Of a stretch of 64,000 bases of DNA, positions 37,925-52,343 are shown piece by piece. The notes beneath the pieces are model-generated. The model made no database searches and was not told the DNA's origin. It saw only the letters and a program-made list of their open reading frames with translations. The stretch is from NCBI RefSeq assembly GCF_009914755.1, contig NC_060931.1; one strand, given 5' to 3'. The first letter of the stretch is position 1, and every line of letters starts with the position of its first letter. This DNA comes from the human T2T-CHM13v2.0 reference genome, Homo sapiens. The position numbers were made by a program, and so were the translations under genes.

Positions 37925-38820
37925 TAATATATATTATATATTATATAATTATTATTATGATATAATTATTACATATTATATTATATAAAATAATACAATT
38001 ATTATATAGCATATAAAATAATATAATTATTATATAGTATATAAAATGTATAATCATTATATATTATATTATATAAAATGATATAATCATTATATATTAT
38101 ATTATATAAAATGATATAATCATTATATATTATATTATATAAAATGATATAATCATTATATATCATAAAATGATATCATTATATAGTATATAAAATGATA
38201 TAATCATTATATAGTATATAAAATGATATAATCATTATATAGTATATAAAATGATATAATCATTATATAGTATATAAAATGATATAATCATTATATAGTA
38301 TATAAAATGATATAATCATTATATAGTATATAAAATGATATAATCATTATATAGTATATAAAATGATATAATCATTATATAGTATATAAAATGATATAAT
38401 CATTATATAGTATATAAAATGATATAATCATTATATAGTATATAAAATGATATAATCATTATATAGTATATAAAATGATATAATCATTATATAGTATATA
38501 AAATGATATAATCATTATATAGTATATAAAATGATATAATCATTATATAGTATATAAATAATGTAATTATTATATAGTATATAAATAATGTAATTATTAT
38601 TATGTATTATATATTATATAAATAATATTATTATTGTATAGTAGATCATATATTATATGAGGTAATATAATAATTATATATTATATATAATATAATTATA
38701 GATTATTATCTATTGTCTATTATATATACTATAATTATTATATATTACTATAAAATATGTATTATGCATTATCTATTACTAAATTATCATATTTTATCTA
38801 TTATATCATAAAGTCAATAA
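37925..38820. repeat. AT-rich low-complexity region containing a 28/33-bp minisatellite
   Basis: 13 perfect copies of aaaatgatataatcattatatagtatat at 38192-38555, preceded by 33-bp variants. Confidence 0.97.
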
Positions 38821-38821
38821 T

Positions 38822-38940
38822 TCTTTTTTGAGACAGTCTTGTATATACAAGACTGTATATACAGCTGTATATGCTGTATATACAAGACTGTATATACAGC
38901 TGTATATGCTGTATATACAAGACAGAGTCTTGTATGTATA
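38822..38940. repeat. Palindromic 35-bp tandem repeat seeded on an Alu-end-like sequence
   Basis: 2.4 copies of tgtatatacaagactgtatatacagctgtatatgc; 24-bp perfect palindrome at 38833-38856. Confidence 0.9.
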
Positions 38941-39949
38941 ATACATACTATATTATATATTATATTATATAGTGCACTAAGTACTGGAAATATACCATGA
39001 AACAGTAAAAATGACAGGTCCTGGTATTAGCCCTGTTGAAATGATCATCTTCACATGTGTGTGACATTTTCACTTAGGTCTCTACAGTTTATCTGGTTCC
39101 TGTTTGAATTATTCTGATGGACTCTTACAACCTGAGATCAATATTATTAATTCCACGTTAAGGGTGGAAAAGCTCAGGCTGAGAGTTGCACAGAGTTGCA
39201 GAAGGTCATACAATGACAACGTCGGTGCTTAAGCTTAGTCACTGGCTGGGGGCCTCTGTCTCCTGACCCCCACACCCTTTCCTACCACACCTTGCTGCTC
39301 CACTATTACACAGCAATGCCCTGGGCCATTCTCCCTCACCACCTCCAGCTGGCAGCATCTTTGTCTGAACTTTATTTAACCTGGCTCCCTTCCAGGCCCT
39401 CTGGCAGCTGTCCCATTTCTCCTTTGCTATCTGCCCAGCATCTCCCAGGTTCGTTTCTTAAGCTCTTATCCTTCTTTGACAGCCAAATGCCCTCTATTTT
39501 GTTTTCTCCCTTGGGCACACTCATAGGATGGAGAAAAGCCGAGAGATTGTTCACTTTCTTAACAGGAGCTGCTTTCAATTCAGCCACAGCTGCTATACCT
39601 TTCAGAAGTGAGATGGATCCCAAGACAGATGGCTCAGCAGTGACTATTTTAAGCCCCAGAGTCACAAGAACAGATCCAAAATAACTCAGTCCAGCAGGGG
39701 TCAAATGCAGAGCAGAGCTTGCTGGCTTTAAAGAAAGCATGACCCTAGATCTTTGAAGTCACTGAGTTAAGTCAGCACTGGTGTTTTCTAGTTAATAAGA
39801 CTTTTTCAGCACAGTTTTCTGTGCTGATGTTTCAGGACAGACTCGCTCCTATGTCTGAAAAAATCTTCCTCTGATACTTAAAAGCTCTTATTTGAATATT
39901 TTTTGCTGCTATCAAGATTTGTACCAGGGGATGTTCTGTTTACCCTTAT

Positions 39950-40417
39950 GCATCAATGAGAAAATTGCAACAATAACACCGTGTAAGAAAATATCTCATA
40001 ATTCAGTGACTTTCAGCAACACTGATTCTTTTTCACATGCCTGGACTTGGCTTGGGGTCAGCTGATCTGGACTCAGCTTGGCTGATCTTGGCTCCAAGTT
40101 GTAGATTTGCTTCTGTTGCCTTACTTAGCTGTCATCCTCCTTGGATCAGCTGCAGGCTATACCGAACGTGTTCCCGTGGTTGTGGTGGAAATGCAAGAGG
40201 GAAAGTTAAACTACACATGCATGTTTCCAGCTCTTGTTGGCATGTGTCTGCTAACAACACATTGGTCAAAGCAATTTACATGGCCATGCCCTCTATCAAT
40301 GGGGCAGGAAAGATACTCTACCCAAAGTGGAGGTGGGGAGGAACTGCAAAATCACATGCTGAAGGTTGAGGCTAGGAGAGGAGTGAATCATGGGAGCCAC
40401 AATGCTATTCATCATGC
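39950..40417 (-). mobile_element. MLT1 (H/I-like) MaLR LTR
   Basis: cacattggtcaaagcaatttacatggcca..gaactgcaaaatcacatg motifs. Confidence 0.65.
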
Positions 40418-40809
40418 CCGGGTGGCAGAGCACCTGGAGAAGAAGGCTATCTAGAGGGCAACAGAGAAATCAGGTGATTCTTTTCCCTTCTAGCAGCTGT
40501 GGCTACTCATTACCCTTTCCTCTCCAGGGAGGAGACAAGGCCACAGAAGATGGTTTGACATCTCCCTTTGGAATGACCTTAAGCTATCTCTGCACTCTTT
40601 TGTAAAGACCACTTTCTTGTCTTCTGTCTACTGAGTGAGCTGCCCATAGCTGTTGAATTCTTCAAGCTGGCTCCTCGGAGGTATTTAAGAGATTTCAGGA
40701 GTTCAGAGATGCACACCGGATGGAAAGTATAGGGTCGTTTAAAGGAACCCTTTTCTTATCGTATCTCCATCCCTGCGTATAAGAGTACCTTCAGTTTCAA
40801 CAAGAAGAC

Positions 40810-41604
40810 TATTACAGAACCATACCGGGGGCTGTTTACCTGGCACAGTAAGACCACATATCCACACTGAGGCTTTGCAGTCATAGAAAGAAATGTGGAT
40901 ATTTGCAGAGTGCCCAGCAAGGAGGACCAGGCGGATAATGCTTAAATCCTGACTTCCCCACTGATAGCTTGCAGATAAGGGATTTTAAAGGCAGGGGTAA
41001 ATTTCAGGAAAACAGAAGTTACAGGCAAAATCATAACTCAATACATGGAGTTTACACATCAGTTTTGGCTTAAAGGGGCAGGATGTCTTGAAGCAGAGGC
41101 CCGCAGATCACAGGGGGAGTCAAAGATGTTCTGATCTGCAATTGGTTCTGGAGGCAAAGCTTTGTCTACAGATTTGGGATGGGCAGAGAAGAATGTTAGC
41201 TCTGCCTCACGGGTGTGACTTCTTCCAGATCTCACAGGAAGAAATTTAGAACCAAGAGCAGGGGCCCGATTTCAGTCCTCAGTTCCCCATTATCTGAGGT
41301 CTATAAGCCAGTGGACTGATTTGATGGGGGGCTGGATTTCTGAAAAACAATTCAGGGATATGTGTTATGTGTTAAGATGTTATATTTAATTTCCATAGGG
41401 AACATCTCATGACTCTAAAGGCTTGAAACTTCCCTGGCTATTGTTTTAAGCTACTATTACCCTCTTGCTTATTAAGTTGCTTATTTGTTTCTCATGGCTG
41501 GCTAAGTGCCTGGAACCTTCCTTGAAGGAACTTAGGATTTTCTTTTATTTTCATGCTTGGAGGAGGACCACAGGCCCCAGTAACAAGGCCCCTGCTCCCT
41601 CTCA
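40810..41604 (-). mobile_element. ERV1 solo LTR (MER34/MER39-like)
   Basis: TSD AGAC (40806-40809 / 41605-41608); related to 12349-13090. Confidence 0.78.
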
Positions 41605-41848
41605 AGACCAGAGGGGTGAGCTCTCCATCAGGTTGCTAGAGATAAAAGCATATGGGATAAACACTGCCCTGTTTTGGAGGCCATCGTAATGTGTCTGAGG
41701 GCTGTCACTGGGGGTAGGAGAAGCCCTGCCTACCTGTAGGGATTTTTACATAGAAAGACTGTGTAACACTAGACTGCACAATTGATAGAATCCCACAGAG
41801 CTCTCCATCACACATGCCTCCATGTAGTGTACTGAGCTTTGGTGATAG

Positions 41849-42637
<789 letters not shown>

Positions 42638-42789
42638 ATAGGAGCACCTTCCCCCAGGATCATGGGACAACATTCAGCACCTTCTGTCTCTGATCACTCT
42701 ATCCCTTTTGGCCTCTTTAAAGTGTTTATAAAATTTATCACCATACGACATTATTTATGTTATCTATATATTTATTTATTTATTGCCTG

Positions 42790-42925
42790 ACTCTTCCACC
42801 ACTTCTTGTGGGCAAGATCGCTATCTTGTTTAAGGCTATATGCCCAGAACCTAGACGGTACACATGGTATTTATCAAAAAGGGATGTAATAGGTATTTGT
42901 TAAATGAATACGTGAATAAATATGC
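42790..42925 (+). mobile_element. L2 3' end relic
   Basis: gcccagaacctagacggtacacatgg..tatttgttaaatgaatacgtgaat. Confidence 0.5.
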
Positions 42926-42974
42926 AGACTTGTTACACTGTGTAGTACTGGATTGGAGCTTAATATATATTCAT

Positions 42975-43009
42975 TCCCTCCCTCCCTCCCTCCCTCCCTC
43001 CCTCCCTCC
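42975..43009. repeat. (CCCT)n
   Basis: Direct observation. Confidence 0.9.
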
Positions 43010-43242
43010 ATATACAGATTAATATCCCTGCCCAAAACCCTACTTCATTTTGCATGATTCTGTAACATGTTCTCCAATGCGCAATGCCAACTTCCCTTTA
43101 GCTATATTAACGTTTGGAGCCAATGGTGATTTCAGAGGGGAAAAGTAGTGAGTCTTGGCTCAGGTAGGCCCATGAATTTTGAAATTCAGATATGAGAGGG
43201 CACTTTACAAGCATTGGTATAACAGGACACCCTCCGTTTCTA

Positions 43243-44041
<799 letters not shown>

Positions 44042-44767
44042 ATACCCTTCTTTTTTTAGCCAAAAGAATAAGGATTTGTAGAGAAGTTTTAGGATTTGTT
44101 TGTTTTTCCCATTTGTGATAACCTTAAGTTCATAGATTCCACTGGGAGAAGGGATAGTCATTAGATATTCACAAATTATCTTACTCTTCATTCACAAGAA
44201 AATATTTAGAAATGGGTGAAAGAGGACATCATCTGGGAATTAGACATCTTACATTCTGGTATAAACTTAAACTGACCAGCTGTGGTCAACAGAATATTGG
44301 TTCCCCAGTGATGTCCACATCCTAGGCCTCAGAACCTGTGAATATGTTGGATTGGATGGCAAAAAGGGAATTAGGGTTACAAATGGAATTAAACCTTCTA
44401 ATCGACTGACCTTGTGATAAGGCGGTCCTACTGGATTATCTGGATGGACTCAACTGTTAAAAAGATAAGGGTATTTTTTTTTCCATGGAGCAGAGGGAGG
44501 CAGAAGAATCAGTGACAAAATGATGTTATGTGAGAAAGATTGAGCAAGCCACTGCTGGCTTTGAAGATGGGAATGAAGAAAGTCAAAATACTTTACACTA
44601 CAATATATTCCTTTAATATATTTTGAAACGGCTGCTTCAGGGCTAGCAGACTGAGATGGAGAAAATTTGCATCTGTAGAAAATCTCTGTAAATTTAGCCA
44701 TACCTCCCCTTTCTATGCTTCTCTTGGATCTGGGAGAGATTGAGAATATGACACCTTTAAAAGTCTA

Positions 44768-45575
44768 AAAAGACACATGCACCTGTATGTTAATTGTGGC
44801 ATTATTCACAATAACAAAGACATGGAATAAACCTAGATGTCTATCAGTGGTGGATTAGATTTAAAAAAAATGTGGTACATATACACCTGGAATACTATGC
44901 AGGCATAAAAAGCAGGAAATGATGTCCTTTGCAGCAACGCAGATGCAGCTGGAGGCCATTATCTTAAGCAAATTAACTCAGAGACAGAAAACCAAATACT
45001 GCAGGTTCTCACTTATAAATGGAAGATAAGCATTGGGTACACACAGACATAAAGATGGGAATGATAGACACTGGCATCTACAAGAAGAGAGAGGAAGGGA
45101 GGGGGGTAAAGGTTGAAAAAGCACTTACTGGGCCAGGCACAGTGGCTCACGCCTGTAATCCCAGCACTTTGGAAGGCCAAGGTGCGTGGATCACTTGAGG
45201 TCAGGAGTTGGAGACCAGCCCAGACATCATGGCAAAACCCCATCTCTACTAGTAATACAAAAATCAGCAAGGTGTAGTGGTGCACACCTGTAATCACACC
45301 TACTCAAGAGGCTCAGGCATGAGAATTGCTTGAACCCAGGAGGCGGAGGTTACAGTGAGCCGAGATGGTGCCACTACACTCCAGCCTGGACAACGGAGTG
45401 AAACTGTGTCTCAAAAGTGAAATAAAATAAAATAAATAAAAAGTACCTATTGGGGTGCTATGCTCACTACCTGGGTGATGGATTTGATTGTACCCCAAAC
45501 CTCAGCATCATGCAGTATACCCTTGTAATAAACCTGCACACATACCCCTGAATCTAAAATAAAAGTGGAAAAAAA
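44768..45575 (+). mobile_element. L1PA16/L1PB-like 3' end, split by Alu
   Basis: aaatgtggtacatatacacc..gctcactacctgggtgatg..cccctgaatctaaaataaaag. Confidence 0.88.
45131..45437 (+). mobile_element. Alu (Sz/Jb-like)
   Basis: TSD aaaaagcacttactg / aaaaagtacctattg. Confidence 0.93.
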
Positions 45576-46783
45576 TATCTGGAAAGAAACCTTAACCACC
45601 TTTTCTCTCTGAGGGAGACTTCATCTACGTAACAAGACCACCTTTGCTAGCCAGGCCTCTTCCTTTCTCTCTTTCTCATAACCTGTCTTGCCACTAAACC
45701 TGATTTATCAACATAACCTGCTTCTGGCTTCACTGGGTCTGCATTCTTTCAAATATAAGCTTCTGTTTCTTACTGTTGGGTTGGGTGTTCATTCTGAAGG
45801 CTCCTTGTACACACATTGAATAAACTTGTATGCCTTTCTCCTATTAAGCAATCTGTTTCATGCCAGTGAAATTTCAGCAAACATTTAGGGGGACAGGAGC
45901 CTGTGGCCCCCATGGGGACCATCAGCCAAGGAATATGGAGACTTCCAGAATTGCAAAAGGCAAGAAAATGTACTTTTCCCGAGAACCCTCAGAGATGAAC
46001 AACCCATGCTGACACCTCAGTTTTAGTCTATTTTGGACTTTTGACCTCCAGAACTGTAAGATAATTCTGCATTGCTTTAAGCCATTAAGATTTTCTTATG
46101 GCTTTAATTTGTTACAGCAGCAATGGAAAACGAATACACTTATGTACTAGACGGGATTTTTTAAAAAAAATATATTTAAAACCAAGGGAGTTGAGCTGGA
46201 TAGCTCCAACGATTGTTTCAGTTCTAATCTCCTGTCTTTAGAAAAATCTTCAGTTTTCCAAACTCTCAAGGAAGCAAATGCGGTAATGACAGGACGGTGG
46301 AGTCGAGCTGACCTTGGATGACCAGGGGACCCTCAGCTCCATCTGAGCCTGCTTGCTCACTGGCGGATCACCCAACCTCTTCCCACAAGGCTGCAGTGAG
46401 CAATGATGAATCCATCATAGTTCAATATGCTGTGTCTTCTTCCATCTTTCTTTCTGTCTTCCTTTCTTTAATGAATATAGGGGAAGGTTGGCAGCAGGGA
46501 AAGTATGGAATACAGTAAACAGTGAAGAGACCAGCCTAACATTAACTAAAGCAACAATGCTGGGTGTGTTGTTCGGTTTTGTTTGTTTACTGCTGTATCT
46601 TAGTCAAGTAAAGGGAAATAAAAATCTCAGGGTCCTGCAAACTACTTATGCAAAAGAGAAGGTCATTGCAACACCCTCTTCCAAATGAATACCTGTCACT
46701 AATATTATGCATCAGCCAGGTTGCCCGTGGAGAGGTAAAAGACCTAAGGCATCTGGGAAGGACAGCCTCCACATCATTCATAA

Positions 46784-47122
<339 letters not shown>

Positions 47123-47469
47123 CATAAGCAAATTCTTTGCTGACCTTCCATAAACAAAGACATACCAACTGTAACTTTAAATCTGCAACCTAATTCTAGC
47201 TCCTAAAACTCCACACTGACAATGTTGATTACAAGCTCATCTTCCCAGGTGCAGAACAAAGTCAAGATTCCTTCTTCCATGTACCCAGAGAGGTCTGCAT
47301 AACTGACTCTTCCTTTATTCCCCTTTTTCTCTCTGGACATTCACATTATCTTATGTAAAACGTAGATTTACTAAACTAACTAAATTCTCTCAGGAATGTA
47401 GCTATCCGCTGCCTGCCTGCCTCTCTTCCATCCCCCACTCTTTAAGGAAATCTATAAGTACTAACCTCC

Positions 47470-47685
47470 TGTTTGGGCGCCCTGGTTCACACCTGTAATC
47501 CCAGCATTTTGGAAAATACAAAAATTAGCTGGGCATGGTAGCTGGCACCTGTAATCCAAGCTGCTTGGGAGGCTGAGGCACAAGAATTGCTTGAACCTGG
47601 GAGAAGGAGGTGCGGTGAGCTGAGATTGCCTCTGCACTCCAGCTTGGGCAATAGAGTGAGACTCAGTCTCGAGAAAAAAAAAAAA
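47470..47685 (+). mobile_element. Alu with ~80-bp left-arm deletion
   Basis: cccagcattttgg joined directly to aaaatacaaaaattag; TSD tactaacctcc. Confidence 0.9.
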
Positions 47686-47795
47686 TACTAACCTCCCTAC
47701 CAAAAACCTTTTCTGAAGAACAGCCACAGATTTATCTGTGGCTTGTGTTTTTCCTGGAGCTGCCCTGAAGTGGCTTGATAAACCTTGATGATCGA

Positions 47796-48141
47796 GGCAG
47801 GGCGCTGTGGCTCACATCTGTAATCCCAGCACTTTGGGAAGCCTAGGCAGATGGATCACTTGAGATCAGGAGTTTGAGACCAGCCTGGCCAACATGGTGA
47901 AACCCCACCTCTACTAAAAATACAAAACTTAGCCAGGTATAGTGGTGTGTGCCTGTAATTCCAGTCACTCAGGAGGCTAAGGCATGAGAATCACTTGAAC
48001 CCAGGAGAGGAGGTTGTAGTGAGCCAAGATCGCACCACTGCACTCCAGCCTGGGCGACAGAATGAGACTCTGTCTCAAATAAATAAATAAATAAAACAAA
48101 ACAAACAAACAAACAAAAAAACAAGAAAACCACCCACAAAA
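47796..48141 (+). mobile_element. Alu (Sz-like)
   Basis: TSD aaaccttgatgatcga / aaacctcgataatgga. Confidence 0.93.
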
Positions 48142-48410
48142 AAACCTCGATAATGGAGACTTATGCCTCACTCACTCATTTTGGTTGTCAGCCATATTCA
48201 CGTTCTGTTTCCATCTCTGTGCTCCTCAGCAGTGACATCTCAGGGACATTTTTTAAGAACAAAGATGATTGTGTCATGCTGCCATGGGCCAGGCTGTCAA
48301 GGCTCTCTCCTCCTCCACCTTGATCAGCAGTTTCTTCTTCAGAAAATGCTCCTACTACAGCCAGAAGAACAATGAGAATCCTTGAAGATGCACTGGTTCA
48401 GAAAAGAGTC

Positions 48411-48983
48411 TGAGGTTCTCCCCTTGGACTAAAATTTTATGAATTTGGTTAAGGGGAGAAAAATAAAATTCAATTAGGCATGCAGTACAATCAGTAGTCC
48501 TTGTTAAGACAGCTTGCCCTTTGTTACACTTCCTTTAGCTGGATGCTATTTATCCCAAGACTCTTTATTTGTTCTGTAAATAAAATCAAAGACATTATGA
48601 GATGATAAACTCTCTGTTTGAGTTTCTCCTTTAGGTTCTGCATACCAACAAAGCTACCTTACACTACTGACACCAGCTGGTCTGCAGGCTCCACAAGAAA
48701 CTGACTCATGGAAGAATGCATTTTCCACATCCTGATAATTTCATCCCCCTTACCTCAACCAATCAACAATCCCAATTTTCCAGCCCCTCACCCTCCGTGA
48801 TTTCCTTAAACACTGAAGCCCAAAACCCCTTAGTGAAATGGATTTGAGGCTCAAGAATTCCTCCCATTTCCTTGTTTGGTGGGCTTGTAATTATTAAACT
48901 CTTTCTCTGCTGCAAACCCTGCTGTCTTGGTGTGTTGGCATGTTGCTGTGCAGTGGTCATACCCATCTGGCAGTCCTGTAACA
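48411..48983 (+). mobile_element. ERV1 LTR (LTR26/LTR8-like)
   Basis: aactgactca..accaatca..attaaactctttctctgctgcaa..gtaaca 3' half; 5' boundary uncertain. Confidence 0.6.
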
Positions 48984-49303
48984 ACCTCAGAACCACTGAC
49001 AAAAGCACAATGGAGTCATATTGTAGGATATCTGCACAGGTTCTGGACAGGAGAATCTAAGGAAGGGAGGCAATTAGGGTTGAAGAGAAGGCAGCTTGGA
49101 AGGTTACAAGACTTTGGTGTGACCTCACTCAGAGGCAAATAACCAAATTATCAGAAGGTTCAATTTGATGAATTATTGAGAAATAATTCATCAAATTATT
49201 GAGAAAGGCCCCCATCCCAGGTGACGCCTTTAGTGTCTGCAGTTACACATTTTTCTTCTTAAGTGCAATTCATTTTTAATCCAAAACTAATTTATATCTT
49301 TCA

Positions 49304-49760
<457 letters not shown>

Positions 49761-50202
49761 TTAGGTAAGCCCATGAAGGCATAAATACCTGGCATGTTGT
49801 TCTTGCCAAGGGCTGAAAACTCAGGCAAAAGCAGACACGCAGGGTTTCTCAAAATCAGGCAACGTTGACCTGAGGAGAATAACCAGAAAATAGGATGCAG
49901 AAAGAGAAAGCTGAGGGGCATTAAAGACAAATTTTACTGACTTCCTTGTTGGATTTCTTCAACCAGGTCATAAACACTTCTCCAGAAGGGAAATCAGGAA
50001 AGCACTTCTCTGGAAAATGTTTGCAAGGAGAAAATAATCCCTTTTGTTATATGGGAGTCATTCTTGTCTAGGTGTTAATGCTTTGGTTTCCTACATGGTT
50101 AGCCCATAAAAGCCTGAAGGGAGAGTAAGTGAATGTGGCCTCAAGTAGGAGGAACATTCTCCTTATAGACATCAAAGAGGAAACACAGCTTCAGACACAT
50201 AG

Positions 50203-50535
<333 letters not shown>

Positions 50536-50957
50536 GTGAAGTCCTAAAAGGGTCCCCACCATGGGGAGGCAGAATGGGAAGCAACAGAGGACCCTGATAG
50601 GGGACTAATGGCCCTCTCTACCTTAACATGAGTGTGCAATTACTCAGATTCGTGACCTTTTCTGTGTTTATATTTCTAGCACCAAGTCTCTATTAAAAGA
50701 TGTACACTTTTAAACTCTCCACTTGCTTTTCTTCAACAACATTGAGTTGCCTAGTCCCTTTCTCTCCTGGTCTAGGTAAGTATCAGAAACAGAAACTCAG
50801 GTTGGATCTGGTTCCTGCTCATTAGCAACTCTTGGCTACGCCTACACAGTATTAAAATGTTAGCCCCAGCAAACCTTGTACGGTAGATTACAAAATTCAC
50901 CACAATATAGTACAGCTTCTGCCATCAAGGAACTGGGTCTACTTCTCCAGTCTTTGA

Positions 50958-51313
<356 letters not shown>

Positions 51314-51349
51314 TTGGATTTGCTTAGAATGTGGTGGGAATTACCCTGT

Positions 51350-51531
51350 TTTTTGTTTGTTTGTTTTTTAAAGGAGACAGGGTCTTGCTCTATCACCTAG
51401 GTTGCAGTGCAGTGGTGCAGTCATAGCTCACTGCAGCCTCCACCTCCTGGGCTCAAGCAACCTTCCCACTTCACCCTCCTAAGTAGCTAGGACTACAGGT
51501 GTGCACTGCCATGCCTAGCTACTTAAATTTC

Positions 51532-51562
<31 letters not shown>

Positions 51563-51686
51563 GAGAGATGGGGTATCCCTATATCACTATGTTGCCAGGC
51601 CTGCCTTGAATTCCTGGCCTTAACCAATTCTCCTGTCTCAGCCTCCCAAAGTGCTGGGATTACAGGCATGAGCCACAGTCCCTAGC
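51350..51686 (-). mobile_element. AluJ with expanded central T tract
   Basis: TSD-like ccctgttt. Confidence 0.9.
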
Positions 51687-52044
51687 AGCCCCTGTTTGTT
51701 TCATTCCTAGGCCTGAAGAGCACTTGCAGCTTCCTCTCTTCCTGCTCTTACAAACCCTGCAATCACCAATTTTTGAACCAGCCTGGGCTAGTGATGAAAG
51801 GTAGAGTTTTTAATCTACCAAATGGGGCTAGTTATTAGGCAGCAAAAGCTAACTGATACACCTTGAGCAAATGATGAAAGAGAGAATCTTGAAAACAATG
51901 AGGTTCCACTTATGAAGACATTGTGAAGAATAATCATTTATTAATTGAAGTCCTACCTAGAGACTTGATTATGAATGTTTCTAGCAGGGGAAAAACAGTG
52001 TGGCTCAGGATAAAAGAGAAGAGGTTTTGAGGTTCAAATTCACC

Positions 52045-52343
52045 TTTTTTTTTTTTTTTTTTGAGATGGAGTTTCACTCTTGTTGCCCAGGCTGGAGTGC
52101 AGTGACACGATCTCAGCTCACACAACCTCCACCTCTCGGGTTCAAGAGATTCTCCTGCCTCAACCTCCTGAGTAGCTGGGATTACAGGCACCTGCCACCA
52201 TGCCTGGCTAATTTTAGTATTTTTGGTACAGATGGGGTTTCACCATGTTGGCCAATCTGGTCTCAAACTTCTGACCTCAGGTGATCCACCTGCCTGAGCC
52301 TCCCAAAGTGCTGGGATTACAGGCGTGAGCCATCGCACCGGCC
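52045..52343 (-). mobile_element. AluSq-like
   Basis: TSD tcaaattcac. Confidence 0.95.

Larger units (their letters stand above)
44574..45912 (+). mobile_element. ERV1 LTR, MER4 group (MER65-like), split by L1
   Basis: gaaagtcaaaata..aaatttgcatctgta shared with the MER4 LTR at ~7345-7440; AATAAA at ~45819. Confidence 0.65.
44281..46138 (+). mobile_element. MLT1D-like MaLR LTR hosting nested insertions
   Basis: tgtggtcaacagaat..gatgtccacatcct start; gacctccagaactgtaaga..gttacagcagcaatggaaaacgaataca end. Confidence 0.85.

Noticed and set aside
38192-38555. CRISPR-like array (28-bp palindromic repeats)
   Set aside because: The units are head-to-tail with no unique spacers, there are no cas genes, and the context is eukaryotic. 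It is a minisatellite.
39292-39740. Overlapping 130-aa (+) and 122-aa (-) ORFs in unique DNA
   Set aside because: No recognisable domain, the + ORF has a non-ATG start, and lengths are compatible with chance.
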